Below are positions 1 to 10,795 of a stretch of 64,000 nt of DNA, one piece after another. The stretch's first letter is position 1. Every line of letters begins with the position of its first letter. The stretch is from an uncultured Chloroflexia bacterium (GTDB lineage Bacteria; Chloroflexota; Dehalococcoidia; DSTF01; WHTK01), in contig CAVPFY010000006.1 in the NCBI GenBank assembly GCA_963703905.1, positions 198,841 to 262,840 of the forward strand, in the 5' to 3' direction. Both the position numbers and the translations under genes were made by a program. The notes under the pieces were generated by a model that saw only the letters and a program-made list of their open reading frames with translations, made no database searches and was not told where the DNA came from.

Positions 1-727
1 AAACCGCTGGACTCGGTCTGACCGTCCTGCTCAACGGGCCCCTTCCCTGCGAAGCACGACGCCGAAGCGTTTTCAGCATGATTCGGATGTCACGTGCGAA
101 TGGATGTTCGTTTACGTAATCGAGATCGTAGGCCATCATTTCCTGGTAGGTCAAATCCGTACGGCCGTTGATCTGTGCCAGTCCCGTAATTCCCGGCTTC
201 ACGTTTGAACGCTCGCCATGTACTCGGGACGGTAGCTGCGAAACCAGCTCCGGCTCGTCCGGCCGCGGCCCCACCAGGTGCATGTCGCCCTTGAGCACGT
301 TGAGCAGGTTTGGCAGCTCGTCCAGGCTGCAGGCGCGGATCGTGCGGCCGATGGCGGTGACCCTGCTCTCGAAGTTCACGGGCCGAAACTTGAAGCTCGC
401 GATGTCCTCCACGTCCGGCACCGTCTGCTCATCGACGCGCGACTGGCGCATCGAGCGGAACTTGAAGATCTCGAACAGCCTGCCATCCTTGCCGACGCGC
501 TTCTGGCGGAAGAACACCGGCCCCGGCGACTCCAGCTTGATCAGGACACCGATCAGCGCCATCAGCGGGCTGAACACCACGAGCCCGATCGTCGCGATGC
601 CGATATCGAACAGGCGCCGCTGGACGGCGTCCGGCTCCGGCCTCCGCCGTGCTTCAGGGTAAGGCTCGAAGGCATTGGAAGCGCCCTCGCCCTCCCCGGG
701 AGAGGGGGTTTGGGGAGAGAGCCTCAT
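1..727 (-). CDS. Polyprenyl-phosphate sugar-1-phosphate transferase (WbaP/WcaJ-type small 'bacterial sugar transferase'); 3' end runs off the window start
   Basis: Manual minus-strand translation gives MRLSPQ...LFDIGIATIGLVVFSPLMALIGVLIKLESPGPVFFRQKRVGKDGRLFEIFKFRSM...LDELPNLLNVLKGDMHLVGPRP...KPGITGLAQINGR. These are hallmark motifs of this family. The ATG overlaps the upstream DegT stop as ATGA. It is not in the ORF track because no stop lies inside the window. Confidence 0.85.
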   Translation of the reverse strand, partial: MRLSPQTPSPGEGEGASNAFEPYPEARRRPEPDAVQRRLFDIGIATIGLVVFSPLMALIGVLIKLESPGPVFFRQKRVGKDGRLFEIFKFRSMRQSRVDEQTVPDVEDIASFKFRPVNFESRVTAIGRTIRACSLDELPNLLNVLKGDMHLVGPRPDEPELVSQLPSRVHGERSNVKPGITGLAQINGRTDLTYQEMMAYDLDYVNEHPFARDIRIMLKTLRRRASQGRGPLSRTVRPSPAV

Positions 728-1896
728 ATGCTCTCCCTGACCGCCGCGACCACCCGCTCGACCTCGCGCTCGGTCATGGCCGGGAAGAGGGGCAGCGAGA
801 TCAGCCGCTCGAACTCGGCCTCGGTCACGGGGTACTCGCCCTTCTGAAGGCCGAAGCGGTCGCGGTAGTAGGGGTGGTAGTGCACGGGGTAGATAGTGCA
901 CCGCGCTGCCGATGCCCTTCGCTTTGAGGCGCTCGATGACCTCATTTCGCGGCACCGACACGTCACGCAGCCTGATCACGTAAAGGTGCCAGTTCGATTC
1001 GACTTCCGGCCGCACGGCCGGGGTCTCGACGCCGGGCACGTCGGAGAAGAGGCGCGTGTAATGCGCCGCCAGCTCCGCGCGGCGGCGGTTATAGGCGTCG
1101 ACCTTCGCCAGCTGGTGCAGGCCAAGGCTGGCGTGCATGTCGGTCATGCGATAGTTGAAGCCCGGCTCCTCGACGGTGTAGAAGGGCGTCCCGCTTGCCG
1201 AGTAGCGCTTCCAGGCGTTGGAGTCCATGCCCTGATTGCGCAGGATCGACACCCGCTCGGCGATCGCCGGGTCGTCCGTCGTGACCATGCCACCCTCGCC
1301 GGTGGTCATGTTCTTGATCGAGTAGAAGCTGAAGACCGACGCATCGCCGTAAGACCCCACCGGCCGGCCGCGATACTTCGCGCCGACGCCGGTGGCGGCG
1401 TCTTCGATGAACTTGAGGTTGTGGCGGCGGGCGACAGCCAGGATCTCGTCGATGCGGCAGGGCTGGCCGGCATAGACCACCGGCATGATCGCCTTTGTCC
1501 GCGGCGTGACGCGGCGCTCGACGTCGGCAGGGTCGATGTTGAGGTCGTCGATGCAGATGTCCGCCAGGACGGGTGTCGCGCCGGTGTGGACGATCACGTT
1601 GGCGGTCGAGGCGAAGGTCAGGGCGCTGGTGATGACCTCGTCGCCGGGGCCGATGCCGCAGGCGAGCAGCGCCAGGTGCATGCCGGCGGTGCAGGAGTTG
1701 ACGCCGACCGCGTGCTTCGACGCCGGCGTACTCGGCAAACTGCTGCTCGAAGCGCTGGGTCTTGGGGCCGTACGTCGAGCCAGCCGGAGCGCAGGGTGTC
1801 GACAACCTCGTCGATCTCTTCCTGCGTGATGTCAGGGCGGGCGATGGGGATGAAGTCTTCGCTCAAGGGCCGGCCTCGGGGCGGGGTCCGTCGCAC
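724..1896 (-). CDS. DegT/DnrJ/EryC1/StrS family PLP-dependent sugar aminotransferase, interrupted by at least 3 apparent frameshifts
   Basis: Pieces in three frames: FIPIARPDITQEEIDEVVDTLRSGWL / GPKTQRFEQQFAEYAGV / KHAVGVNSCTAG...SFYSIKNMTTGEGGMVTTDD...WKRYSASGTPFYTVEEPGFNYRMTDMHASLGLHQL / PVHYHPYYRDRFGLQKGEYPVTEAEFERLISLPLFPAMTEREV. One shift sits at a short GTGCACTAT/GTGCACTAC duplication. Confidence 0.8.
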
Positions 1897-2492
1897 CCCC
1901 CGGCCGTCAATCCTGGGGCTGACGGCGGCGGGCGCAGGGCCACGAGGAAATGAGTTCGGAGGAAGGGTAACACTTCCAGCAAAGTGCAGGCGATATGGCC
2001 GCCCGGCAGCGGCGCCAGGAGGCGCGTGAGCGGAGGCGCAAGCGTGGTCGAGCGGAAGCTCGCGGTCCAGCCCGGGAACAGCTCACGGACCTGGTCACGC
2101 TTCAGGGGCAGGGCATCGCGGTTGAAGGGGTTAATCCAGAAGTCGTACAGCACGACGGCGCCGCCCGGCGCGCAGACGCGCGCGATCTCGGACGCCACCC
2201 GTCGTCTCGCCGCCCCATCCATAATCGAGGACAGCAGCGTGAAACCTAGCACAAGGTCGAACGCGCCGGCCTCGTAAGGGAGCGACTGTGCGTCACCTTC
2301 GTCGAAGCGGACGCCGGCCGTCAGCTCGCGGGCGCGCTCGACGCGCGCCGGCAGGAGGTCGATACCCGTGAGGCAAGCCGGGTCGGCGCCCAGGCGAATG
2401 AGGTCTCGCAGCACGCCGCCGTCACCGCAGCCGGCATCGAGGACGCGCCGCCCGGCCAGCGGCAGAAGGCCGGCATCACGAAGGAGGCGCAC
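1863..2492 (-). CDS. Class I SAM-dependent methyltransferase (Methyltransf_11-like)
   Basis: VLDAGCGDGGVLRDLIRLG... glycine-rich SAM motif I, then ...CAPGGAVVLYDF. Sits in the sugar-modification gene group. Confidence 0.6.
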   Translation of the reverse strand: MRLLRDAGLLPLAGRRVLDAGCGDGGVLRDLIRLGADPACLTGIDLLPARVERARELTAGVRFDEGDAQSLPYEAGAFDLVLGFTLLSSIMDGAARRRVASEIARVCAPGGAVVLYDFWINPFNRDALPLKRDQVRELFPGWTASFRSTTLAPPLTRLLAPLPGGHIACTLLEVLPFLRTHFLVALRPPPSAPGLTAGGCDGPRPEAGP

Positions 2493-2620
2493 CAGGTCGC
2501 GTTCGCGCGACTGGTAGGTGAAGAGGTTTGCCGGCTTCCAGTAGTCGTAGCGCGCGTCCAGGCCCAGGCGGGCGCGCCGGCGCGTAAGCCTGACGCACGC
2601 GCTCGGCCTCGCGCTCGGCG

Positions 2621-3676
2621 TCAGTCACCATTGGCTGCCGGCCGGCGGCGTGCCAGCAGTTGCTGCACGACACCGGCGATAAAGCCCGCTCCCGCCGGCA
2701 GGTGCATCGCCGGAAACGCCAGCCAGATGGCCGGCAGCAGCCGCCAGTGCCGCCCCCGCAGCGCGATGCTGAACGCCGCGAGGTTGCAGAAGCCGGCGTA
2801 TGTACCGGCGACGGACCGGAAGAGCCGGCCAAAGCGGCGGTCGACCAGCGAAAGCGCCCCCGTGAACAGCAGCGCCGAGACCAGCGCCGAAGGCACCAGG
2901 TGCCTGGGCCGCAGCCGGTCCGGGTGCTTGCGCAGGACGCCGGCCTTGGCGATGCCGTAGCCCCAGTACTGGCGCGCCAGGCCCTCGTAGGAGGAGCGCG
3001 CGTAGTAGACGGAGCCGATCGCCGGCGTCAGCAGGATCTTGCCGCCGGCGTCACGCAGGCGGTAGTTGAACTCGTCGTCTTCGCCGCGGTTTGCTTCTTC
3101 GTCGAACGCGCCGACGCGGTCGAAGACGTCGCGGCGGTAGGCGCCGAAGGCCACGGAGTCCGTCCATTGCTCGGTGCGGGCGTGCCGGAAGGCGGCATCG
3201 CCGACGCCGAAGGGCGACGACATCGCCAGCGCGATTGCCTGCCCGACAGGCCCGCGGCCTTTCGTGCGGATCGGCCCGCCGACGGCGTCCGCGCCGCTCG
3301 ACTCCAGGGCCCGGACGCTGGCCGAGATGAAGTGCGGGTCGACCAGCGTATGGCCGTCGACCTTGATGATGACGTCGCCGCGGGCGATCGAAAGACCCAG
3401 GTTCATGCCGGCGGCGGTCGTGTGCTTGTGGTTGGTCAGGAAGGCGTCGGGCACGCCGAGCTCAGCCGCGGCCTGCTGGGCCTCGTCGAAGGTGCCGTCG
3501 GCCGACTCGCCGTCGAGGACGATGACCTCGAAGTTCTCGCGCGGGTAGTCCTGCTGGGCCAGGGCCTGCAAGCAGGGACCGATGAAGCCCTCCTCGTTGC
3601 GCACGGCCATGATCACGGAGACAAAGGGCAGGTCCGGATTCGGCGCGGGCCGCTCTGCGAGCGCTTCCTCGGTCAC
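2621..3676 (-). CDS. Family 2 glycosyltransferase (GT-A fold) with C-terminal membrane region
   Basis: C-terminal 350 aa of the 711-aa ORF: PFVSVIMAVRNEEGFIGPCLQALAQQDYP...EVIVLDGESADGT...DAGG. The GTG start overlaps the GT4 stop as GTGA. Confidence 0.75.
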   Translation of the reverse strand: MTEEALAERPAPNPDLPFVSVIMAVRNEEGFIGPCLQALAQQDYPRENFEVIVLDGESADGTFDEAQQAAAELGVPDAFLTNHKHTTAAGMNLGLSIARGDVIIKVDGHTLVDPHFISASVRALESSGADAVGGPIRTKGRGPVGQAIALAMSSPFGVGDAAFRHARTEQWTDSVAFGAYRRDVFDRVGAFDEEANRGEDDEFNYRLRDAGGKILLTPAIGSVYYARSSYEGLARQYWGYGIAKAGVLRKHPDRLRPRHLVPSALVSALLFTGALSLVDRRFGRLFRSVAGTYAGFCNLAAFSIALRGRHWRLLPAIWLAFPAMHLPAGAGFIAGVVQQLLARRRPAANGD

Positions 3677-4756
3677 CGCCCGGCCGCCCCCGCGGCGATG
3701 CCGGTGACTTCGGCGTAGAGGCGCTCCATCTGGGCGGCGTTCTGCTTCCAGTCGTAGCGCTCGGCGACGAAGGCGCGGCCGGCGGCGCCCATCTCGCGCC
3801 GCCGGGCCGGATCTTCGACGAGGCTGCTGAGCGCGCCGGCCAGGAGCGCCGGATCGCGCGCGGGGACGAGTAGGCCTGTGTAGCCATCGACAACAACGTC
3901 CGGAATGCCGTGCACGCCGCGACCCCACGACCGGCAACTCCATCGCCGAGGCCTCGACAGCCGCAACACCGAATCCCTCGAAGACCGACGGCAGGGCGAA
4001 AATGTCGAGATCCTGCAGGAAGGCCGGCAGGTCAGAGTGCTCCAGCCAGCCCGTAAACTCGACCTCGATGCCCAGCCGCCGCGCCAGGCTTTCGAGGCGG
4101 GCACGCTCCGGCCCGTCGCCGGCGATGCGCAGCGACACGCGGCTGCCGAAGCGCGCCTTGACCTGCGCAAAGGCCTCGATCAGGTAGCGCACGCCTTTCT
4201 CGGCCGACAGCCGCGCGGCGGCGCCGATGACCACGCCGTCGCGGTCCGGACCCGGCGCCGGCGACGGCCGAAAGCGTTCGAGGTCGACGCCGTAAGGGAT
4301 GCTGTGCACGGCCTTGCCGGACGGCGCGTAGGGCAAGGTGGCTTCGGCCAGATTGGGCCCCGTGGCTGTGATCTCGTCGGCGTGCGAGAGGGCGTATTTC
4401 GTCAGCCAGTTGTGGAAGGGAGTGAGCCGCGGCGCTTCCAGGATGTCGGTCCCCCACACCGAGAGGATGTAGGGATGGTAGCCGCTGAGCGCGCCGAGGA
4501 AACCGTAGCTGGTCAGGTGCAGGGCGTGGAGGAGGTCTGGCTTGCGCTCGCTGACCAGGGCCGCGACCCGCCGGGCATGGATCAGATAGCGTGCCTTGCG
4601 CAGCTTCTCGAACCCTTCGACGTAGGTGACGGAAGCGCCCTCGATCGCGGCAGGCCGGAAGGAGATGACCTCGCACTCGTGTCCCAGGCGCGCGAAGTGC
4701 TGCACCCAGCGCCAGGTGTGAGGGTAGGGGGCGTCCGCGAGATAGAGGATACGCAC
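3673..4756 (-). CDS. Family 4 glycosyltransferase (GT-B, Glyco_trans_4/Glycos_transf_1), one apparent frameshift near 3920
   Basis: N-terminal MRILYLADAPYPHTWRWVQHFARLGHEC...GAAARLSAEKGVRYLIEAF...FALPSVFEGFGVAAVEASAMELPVVGS. The C-terminal GIPDVVVDGYTGLLVPARDP...RYDWKQNAAQMERLY lies in a second frame (ORF 3673..4170). Confidence 0.75.
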
Positions 4757-4801
4757 CCAGCGATTTTAGCAGGGGCGCCGCGGCGTCCGGCACGGCCCGC
4801 A

Positions 4802-6467
4802 TCACGGCAGCGTCGTCTCCATCCAGAAAGTGTTGTAGGGACCGAACTGGGACAGGAGGTAATAGAAAGTCTTGCCATTGTCCTTGATGAAGCCCGGCAC
4901 CATGAAGGGGCCGTAGAGCTGCTTGAAGTCGGCGTCGCGCGCGATCACAACGGGGGCGCTCCACGGCCCCCAGGGCGAAGGCGCTTCCCGCATGACGATG
5001 CCCTCTTTGCGCTGGTCCAGGTAGGTCAGTACGTAGCGCTGGAGATAAGGATTGAACGCGGCCGACAATTCACCCATCGGGCCACCTGCGACCGACACCG
5101 CGCCGGATTCGTTCGCCGACCAGATCGGGGCGTCGTCGGCGTCGAGGCCGGCAAAGTAGCGATAGGAGGTCTTATCGAGGATGCTTTGTTCGTCGACACT
5201 CATCAGCTTCACCGAGCCAAAGCGGCCGCACGGGGTTCCGAAGATGAAGAGGCGTGTAGAACCCGGCGCCGGGTCGCGCATGACAGCCACCTGGTTAAAA
5301 TTCCCCGATCCCCAGGAGATGTCGTCGATGTGCTTGCTCCAGGCTCCCTGGTCGAAGGCGCTTGCCGTGGCGATGCTCGACCGGCTGCAGCTCCAGGCGC
5401 CCGGCGGCAGGTCCCAGCTGACGATATTCGTGTAGAAGATGTAAGCGGTGTCGCCAAGGCCGATTCCCGCCGTCGGCACCACGGTGAGCGCCCTGCCGTC
5501 CGTCGCGAACAGGGCCTTTGCCTCTCCTCTGCTGTCCGTGATCCAGCCGTCGAGACGCAAGCCGTCCGAGGGCTCGGTGTCGGACGTGTAGGCGAGTGTG
5601 ACCGGCCGCTGGTCGCTGGTGGGCCGGCAGCTGCTGGTGTCGCCAAAGGCGAAATACGTCCGCCCTTGCCAGGCGAACGGCACGCCGTAATCCGTGCCGC
5701 AGACATTGAACCTGTCGGTGCGGTTGAGGGAGGCGGCTCCTGTCGTCTGCGCGACCTTCCTTGTCGACTGCACGCGGTCGATGAGCGGAGGCATCAGGTC
5801 CTGGTCGTATTCGCGGAAGTAGTCGATGGCGACATTGTAGGGACCAAGCGCGCTCCAATTTTTGCCCAGGAAGCCGATTCTGGCGCCGCTCAGCGCACCG
5901 GCGCTGTCGACGAACATGTTCACGTTGGTCCAGTTGCGACCGTCGCGGCTTCCGTCGGCGTAATAGCGATTCCCGACCTTGCGCAGACGCAGGTACTCGA
6001 ACCAGCCACTGACGCCGATGGGTCCGGTGAATGCGCCATCGATGATGCCGCTGAACTCGAGCGAGGACTCCTGCAGCCAGCCCAGAGAGAGCCAGTTGCC
6101 TGGCATCCTTGTAAACAGTCAGACCGCCGAAAGTGGCGGCGTTACCATGGCTGTTAGCAAGCTTCGTCTCGATTGTCCACGAGCCGGAGCGCTGCGGCCT
6201 GAGAATGCGAGCCCCCTTGTCGATGCCGGCCCACTGGTCGTTATTCGGCACCACCACCAGGTTGAAGAGATTCCCGGAGACGGCGTAGGCGGAGGAACCG
6301 CCGGGGTTCTCCCACGTCCAATCAGCACCCAGGCCACTTCTATCGAATTCGTCGCTGAAGCTCACGGTCGCGTGTACAGGCTGCGCCACAAGCGAGGCAG
6401 CCATGGCGGCAAGCGCAAGCGTCAGGACCAATGCGCAGAAGCGGAAAAATCCGCTCCGCGCCCTCAT
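4802..6467 (-). CDS. Secreted concanavalin/LamG-like (DUF1349-like) plus DUF4185-like domain protein, frameshift near 6100
   Basis: Signal peptide MRARSGFFRFCALVLTLALAAMAASLVA, then SFSDEFDRSGLGADWTWENPGG...WTIETKL (lectin/glucanase-like). This continues in the other frame as ...YLRLRKVGNRYYADGSRDGRNWTNV...FAFGDT... (DUF4185-like). Confidence 0.6.
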
Positions 6468-6774
6468 CGTGCTTCCGCGACTGGATTTCCCGGGAGTGTA
6501 GCTTTGAGAGTCATGTTCCCCACTGTGCGCGCGCTTGCGCCAACCGGCGTGTCGGTCCCGGCCACGGCTGTCAAATTAGACGCGAAAAGGTCGAGTGAGA
6601 ATGCGGCGGACCTATCGATGGTCTATCTAGACTCTAGCCGCGACCCGCCGAACGTCCAACGGATCATCGCCCGGTTGCCGTCCTGCGATATATGCGGCAG
6701 ACCGCGTGAAACCCTATCAAGCACGTCCGGCGAGCCCTCCCTCCGGAGTCCCCTCCCTCTTGATGGGGGAGGGG

Positions 6775-7681
6775 TCAGGGGTGGGGGTCCGCCGGCACCT
6801 TCGCCCGCTTCGCGACGGCTTCGATGGCGTCGATGATGCAGGGCCAGGCGCCCTCCGGCATCTCGTGGCCCATGCCCTCGACGGTCACCAGTTGGGCGCC
6901 GGGAATGGCCTCGATGCGTGTCGAGGCCGCCGGTGTACGGCACCAGGGGGTCGGCGTCACCGTGGATGACGACCGCCGGGCAGGTGACGGCCCTCAGGGC
7001 CTCGCGGCGGCCGCCGGAGGTGCCGATGGCCAGCAGTTGACGCGCCATGCCCTCCGGGTAGTTCATGCGGTCGTAAGCTTCCTCGGCCATGCGACGCACC
7101 TCGGCCTCGTCCATCGGGAAACCGCCGCCGGACATGACCTTGCGCGAGGCCACGGCGGCGTCGATGGCCGCGGCGCGGTCGGTCGGCCGCGCCGCTGTCA
7201 GGGCGGCGATGGCTTCGGGCGTGGCCTGCGGCAGGCCGGGCTCGCTGGTCGTCGACATGATCGAGGTCAGGGATAAAGTGCGGGCCGGGTACTTGATCGC
7301 GAAGGCCTGCGCGATCATGCCGCCCATCGAGGCGCCGACGATGTGCGCGGCGGGGATGTTCAGCGCGTCCAAAAGCCCGGCGCCGTCCGCGGCCATGTCC
7401 CAGAGGGAGTAAGGCGCCGATATCGGTTCGCCGCGCAGGTTGGCGGCGACCATTTCCGCCATCGTCGGTACAGGCACGCCGTCGAACTTGGTCGAGAGGC
7501 CGATGTCACGGTTGTCGTAGCGGACAACCTGGAACCCACGGCCGGCAAGCTGGTGGCAAAAGCGCTCCGGCCAGCCGATCATCTGGGCGCCGAGGCCCAT
7601 GATCAGAAGCAGCGGCGGCCAGGACCTCTCGCCGAAGCTGTCGTACTCGATCTCGATCCCATTCGCCTTTGCGATCGGCAT
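6775..7681 (-). CDS. Alpha/beta hydrolase fold protein, frameshift near 6955
   Basis: PLLLIMGLGAQMIGWPERF...HIVGASMGGMIAQAF (GxSxG nucleophile elbow). The real C-terminus IEAIPGAQLVTVEGMGHEMPEGAWPCIIDAI is in ORF 6775..6960. Confidence 0.65.
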
Positions 7682-7774
7682 TCGCGTCCCTCCCGTCGTG
7701 GCTTTGCGGCCTAGCCTAGTGCCCCTTGCTGTCCGAGGGAAGGACCAAAAGGAACGGTCCTGGAGCTTGGCAGC

Positions 7775-7957
7775 CTACCATGCGTATGGTGATTTCTCCT
7801 GCTTTGAGACAATGAAGGTCACTACAGCTTGCCCGACGCCAATAAGCACGCCGAAAGCAGCCAGAGCTAATACTGGCCCACCGACCATCGCGCCGACCAA
7901 GGTCATAACCAATGGAGTTGAAATCGCGAGGGCCAAAGCAAAGTACCTAAGGTGCAT
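7775..7957 (-). CDS. Small hydrophobic (2-TM) protein
   Basis: 60-aa ORF, almost entirely hydrophobic, in a locally AT-richer stretch. Overlaps the next small membrane ORF. Confidence 0.3.
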   Translation of the reverse strand: MHLRYFALALAISTPLVMTLVGAMVGGPVLALAAFGVLIGVGQAVVTFIVSKQEKSPYAW

Positions 7958-8138
7958 CGCGGTTCTTTCGTGAGCGTCTTAACTTCAAGGTCCACCGGTC
8001 GAGCGGGACAAACAAAAAGAACACAATGACTCCAACTATGACTCCCTCTTCAAAGCTTGAGGCGTAAACAGCGGCACCGAGAAGCGCTGCTGCCAGACAG
8101 ACGGCCAACGTCGCCACCCAGTCCCGTGAAAGTCTCAT
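7947..8138 (-). CDS. Small membrane protein
   Basis: 63-aa ORF with two hydrophobic helices and a basic C-terminus. Confidence 0.3.
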   Translation of the reverse strand: MRLSRDWVATLAVCLAAALLGAAVYASSFEEGVIVGVIVFFLFVPLDRWTLKLRRSRKNRDAP

Positions 8139-8277
8139 AGGCTATTCAGTGTGCCAGGCACTGTGCAACTCCTACCGCCGCAATGACAACGTTATTCCTC
8201 GGAAGTGAAGCTCGGCAAGGCCGATGCAAGACGAGCGCGCATATCGCGCCAGATGCCGGCGAAGGTGTGCTCCGGAT

Positions 8278-9183
8278 TTACTGGTCGAGCACGCGCTCGG
8301 CGCGGTCCAGCTGCCGGGGGACATCCTCGGGGTGGTGGCGGATCGCCCAGTCCGTGCGACGGAGCGCCATGTGCGCGACGTACGCCCGCAGCACGTGCGG
8401 CTCGACGAGCGCCTCGACCCGGTCCCAGATCTGCTGGCCGTGACCGTCGAGGTCGAACGCGAACGCCACCAGGTCGTAGCGGTGATCGCCCGCGCACGCA
8501 CCCTCCCAGTCGACGATCCCGGTGAGCGTGCCGTCATCGAGGGCGAGCACGTTGTCGGTGTGCAGGTCGAAGTGGACGAGCCCGCTCGTCGGGAACCATG
8601 ACGGCTCGGCGTCGGCGCCGACCGACTCGACGAAGTCGATGATGCGCCGGGCGCGATCGGAGTGCGCCCGGAGCGAGTCGTGCTGCGCCCCGCCGTCCTC
8701 GCCGACCGTGAGGGTGTGGATCACGAACTCACCCCACCCCTGCAGCGCTGGTGCCGGCCGTGGACCGACGATGCCGGCTGCGGCGCTGACGCACTCGATC
8801 ATCCGGTCGACCAGCTGCGGCGGCCAGATCGGGAACGATCGTCCCGGCAGCACCTGCTGTGCGGAGAGCGTCCACCCGTCGACGGCGCGCACGAACGGGT
8901 ACTCGGGCACGGGCACGCCACGCGAACGCAGCACGTCGAGCGCGGGCAGGAGCACCGCATAGCGGTCGGCCACGCCCTCGTCGGCGAACCACTTCAGCAC
9001 GACGCGCTCACCATCGGCAGCGATGGCGAACCACGCGCCGCCCGACTCGCCCCCGGGTGCACGGCCCTCCAGCTGGAAGCCGAGGTCGCGCAGCTGCTCC
9101 GCGTTCACGTTTCCATCCGTTCGCGGTCCACGCTGGGTGGCTCTTGGTTGAGGTGCCAGCCGATTCGCCTGGCCTCGACCCAA
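8278..9183 (-). CDS. Phosphotransferase enzyme family (APH-like) kinase
   Basis: Gly-rich loop GGESGGAWF, catalytic HFDLHTDNVL and DWEGACAGDHRYDL (Brenner and DFG-like motifs of APH/ChoK-type kinases). Confidence 0.65.
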   Translation of the reverse strand: MGRGQANRLAPQPRATQRGPRTDGNVNAEQLRDLGFQLEGRAPGGESGGAWFAIAADGERVVLKWFADEGVADRYAVLLPALDVLRSRGVPVPEYPFVRAVDGWTLSAQQVLPGRSFPIWPPQLVDRMIECVSAAAGIVGPRPAPALQGWGEFVIHTLTVGEDGGAQHDSLRAHSDRARRIIDFVESVGADAEPSWFPTSGLVHFDLHTDNVLALDDGTLTGIVDWEGACAGDHRYDLVAFAFDLDGHGQQIWDRVEALVEPHVLRAYVAHMALRRTDWAIRHHPEDVPRQLDRAERVLDQ

Positions 9184-9288
9184 AGCTCGCGCTCAGACTT
9201 GTCACACGACATCCAGACGACCGCTGTTAGGAAACCTCTGCTCTGCACTCTGAGCCACGGGGGCGCATGTGTAACATACGGGAGAATT

Positions 9289-10370
9289 ATGGCGCATAAA
9301 GATCTCGATGGGGTCCTAGAAAAGTTCAGCATTGGCGATGAGCTGCTGATCGGCGCCGGGGCCGAGTCGCGCGTCTACGCCCCTGGTGGGCCATTGCCAT
9401 GACCGGAATTGAAGCTTCGACCTCTCCCCCTCCCTTGCCGCGCTGGTTCGGACCTAGAGCCAGCCCAGATGACCCGGCCGTCTCGGCCCTGATCGACCGC
9501 GTCGCGCGCGGGGCCGGATGGGCAGACATCGGCGGTGGGTTCAACCTCAACGTGCGGATAGACGCTGAGCCGCCGGTTGTCCTCCGGGTTCATAGGCCCT
9601 GGGTCCGCCGCGGGCGGGTAGCGGGACTGCGGCGCTTGCGGGAGCGGCTCCAGCGGACGCAAGTCCGCGTCGCTCGGCCGATTCGGATTTCCGGCTGCGA
9701 CCTCCTGAGGGTCGCTGATCGTTGGGCTGAGCTTGAGGAGTTCATCGATCACGTGCAGCCACGGGCGGACGAGGACTCCTACGTCCGCCTATTCGAGGAG
9801 CTCGGACGCCTTCACACTGCGCTCAAAGCAGTCTGGGAGCCCAGTCCGCCCGAACCCCTCGACGACCACAGAACCTTCGGCCAACTGCGTCACTCGGTCA
9901 GCTTCACACGCCGCAGGCTCGGACCCCGCAGCGAGCCGGTCGTGCATCGGATGCGCCAACTGACTGGCGAGCTCTCCAAGCTCCGGAAGGAGGTCGAACT
10001 GCCATGCACTCCGATTCATGGGGACTACAAATTGGGCAACGCGGGAGAACTGTCAGACGGCTCATGGGCCACCTTCGACCTGGATTTCGCGAGGGTCAGG
10101 GAGCGGCTCTACGACATCGCGGCCAGCCTGCACCACGTCGCACAGAGCGGCGAATTGCTCGAGCCGCGACGACTGCTCGACGCCTACGAAAGCACGGCTC
10201 CGGAACCGTTGACTCGCGACGAGTACCGATGGCTCCCCGGGGCTCTAGCCCTTGTACCCTTGCACTGGGCTGCCACCGCAGGGCTCGTGGGCGACGGCAT
10301 CCGCGAGGCCGAGAGCGCAATGACCGCCGCCGAGGCCTGGTGGTCGCGCCGGGCTGAACTCTCGTCGTAG
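9289..10370 (+). CDS. Phosphotransferase enzyme family (APH/homoserine-kinase-II-like), frameshift near 9395
   Basis: N-terminal IGAGAESRVYAP is in a short upstream frame. It continues in ORF 9399..10370 with IHGDYKLGN and FDLDFA motifs. It is divergent to the 8278..9183 kinase. Confidence 0.6.
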
Positions 10371-10445
10371 TCCGGCGGCCGCAAAGAGCGGCAAGTCGCA
10401 CTCTTTCGCGCCGGCATACGAACCGCAATCTATCGAACACGACCT

Positions 10446-10766
10446 TCACCTGCTCGAAGCCGAGCGCACCGCGCAGCGCGGCTGCTTGCCCATGAAGAGG
10501 GCCGTCGATCCCGTCGAGCGGTTGTTGTTGACGTTGTAGACGGGGATGCCGGTCAGGCCGAGTCCGTAGACGGCGCGCTGTCCGCACGTCGAGTCGCCGT
10601 AGACGTAGCCCACGCACGCCTGCTCGACCGCGTCATGGGGGATGCCGGCGTCCTGGAGGGCCTTCGTCCCCGCCTCGAGCGCCATGTCGGGGTAGTCCCA
10701 TTCCTTCGAGCCCGGCTTCTCGAACTTCGTCATACCGACACCCACCACGTAGACCTTCCGAGACAT
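10446..10766 (-). pseudogene. N-terminal ~100-aa fragment of an SCPx-type thiolase (truncated remnant)
   Basis: [42 protein letters not shown]...[41 protein letters not shown] matches the N-terminus of the intact thiolase at 38556..39758. The downstream 290 aa are missing and the fragment abuts a tRNA gene. Confidence 0.65.
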
Positions 10767-10795
10767 GCGAGTCCTCGCAGATTCAGGTTTGGGTT

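Noticed and set aside
724-1896. Calling the frameshifted DegT, typA, leuA and wbp genes true pseudogenes
   Set aside because: Too many essential or conserved genes are affected, the shifts are single-base, and they cluster in the most GC-rich genes while AT-richer genes are intact. This fits an error model better than a decay model, so they are kept as CDS with frameshift notes.
2621-4756. 711-aa minus ORF as a single bifunctional GT4-GT2 protein
   Set aside because: The GT4 C-terminus (GIPDVVVDGYTGLLVP...) is in a different frame ending at 3673. The 711-aa ORF arises because a GT4 frameshift reads through a nonsense linker (RRARHSGRCCRW...) into the GT2 frame. Two genes are the better model.
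3905-6157. 750-aa plus-strand ORF overlapping the GT4 and LamG/DUF4185 genes
   Set aside because: Arg/Gly/Ala-rich low-complexity translation with no motifs. It is antisense to well-supported minus-strand genes, a typical long spurious ORF in high-GC DNA.
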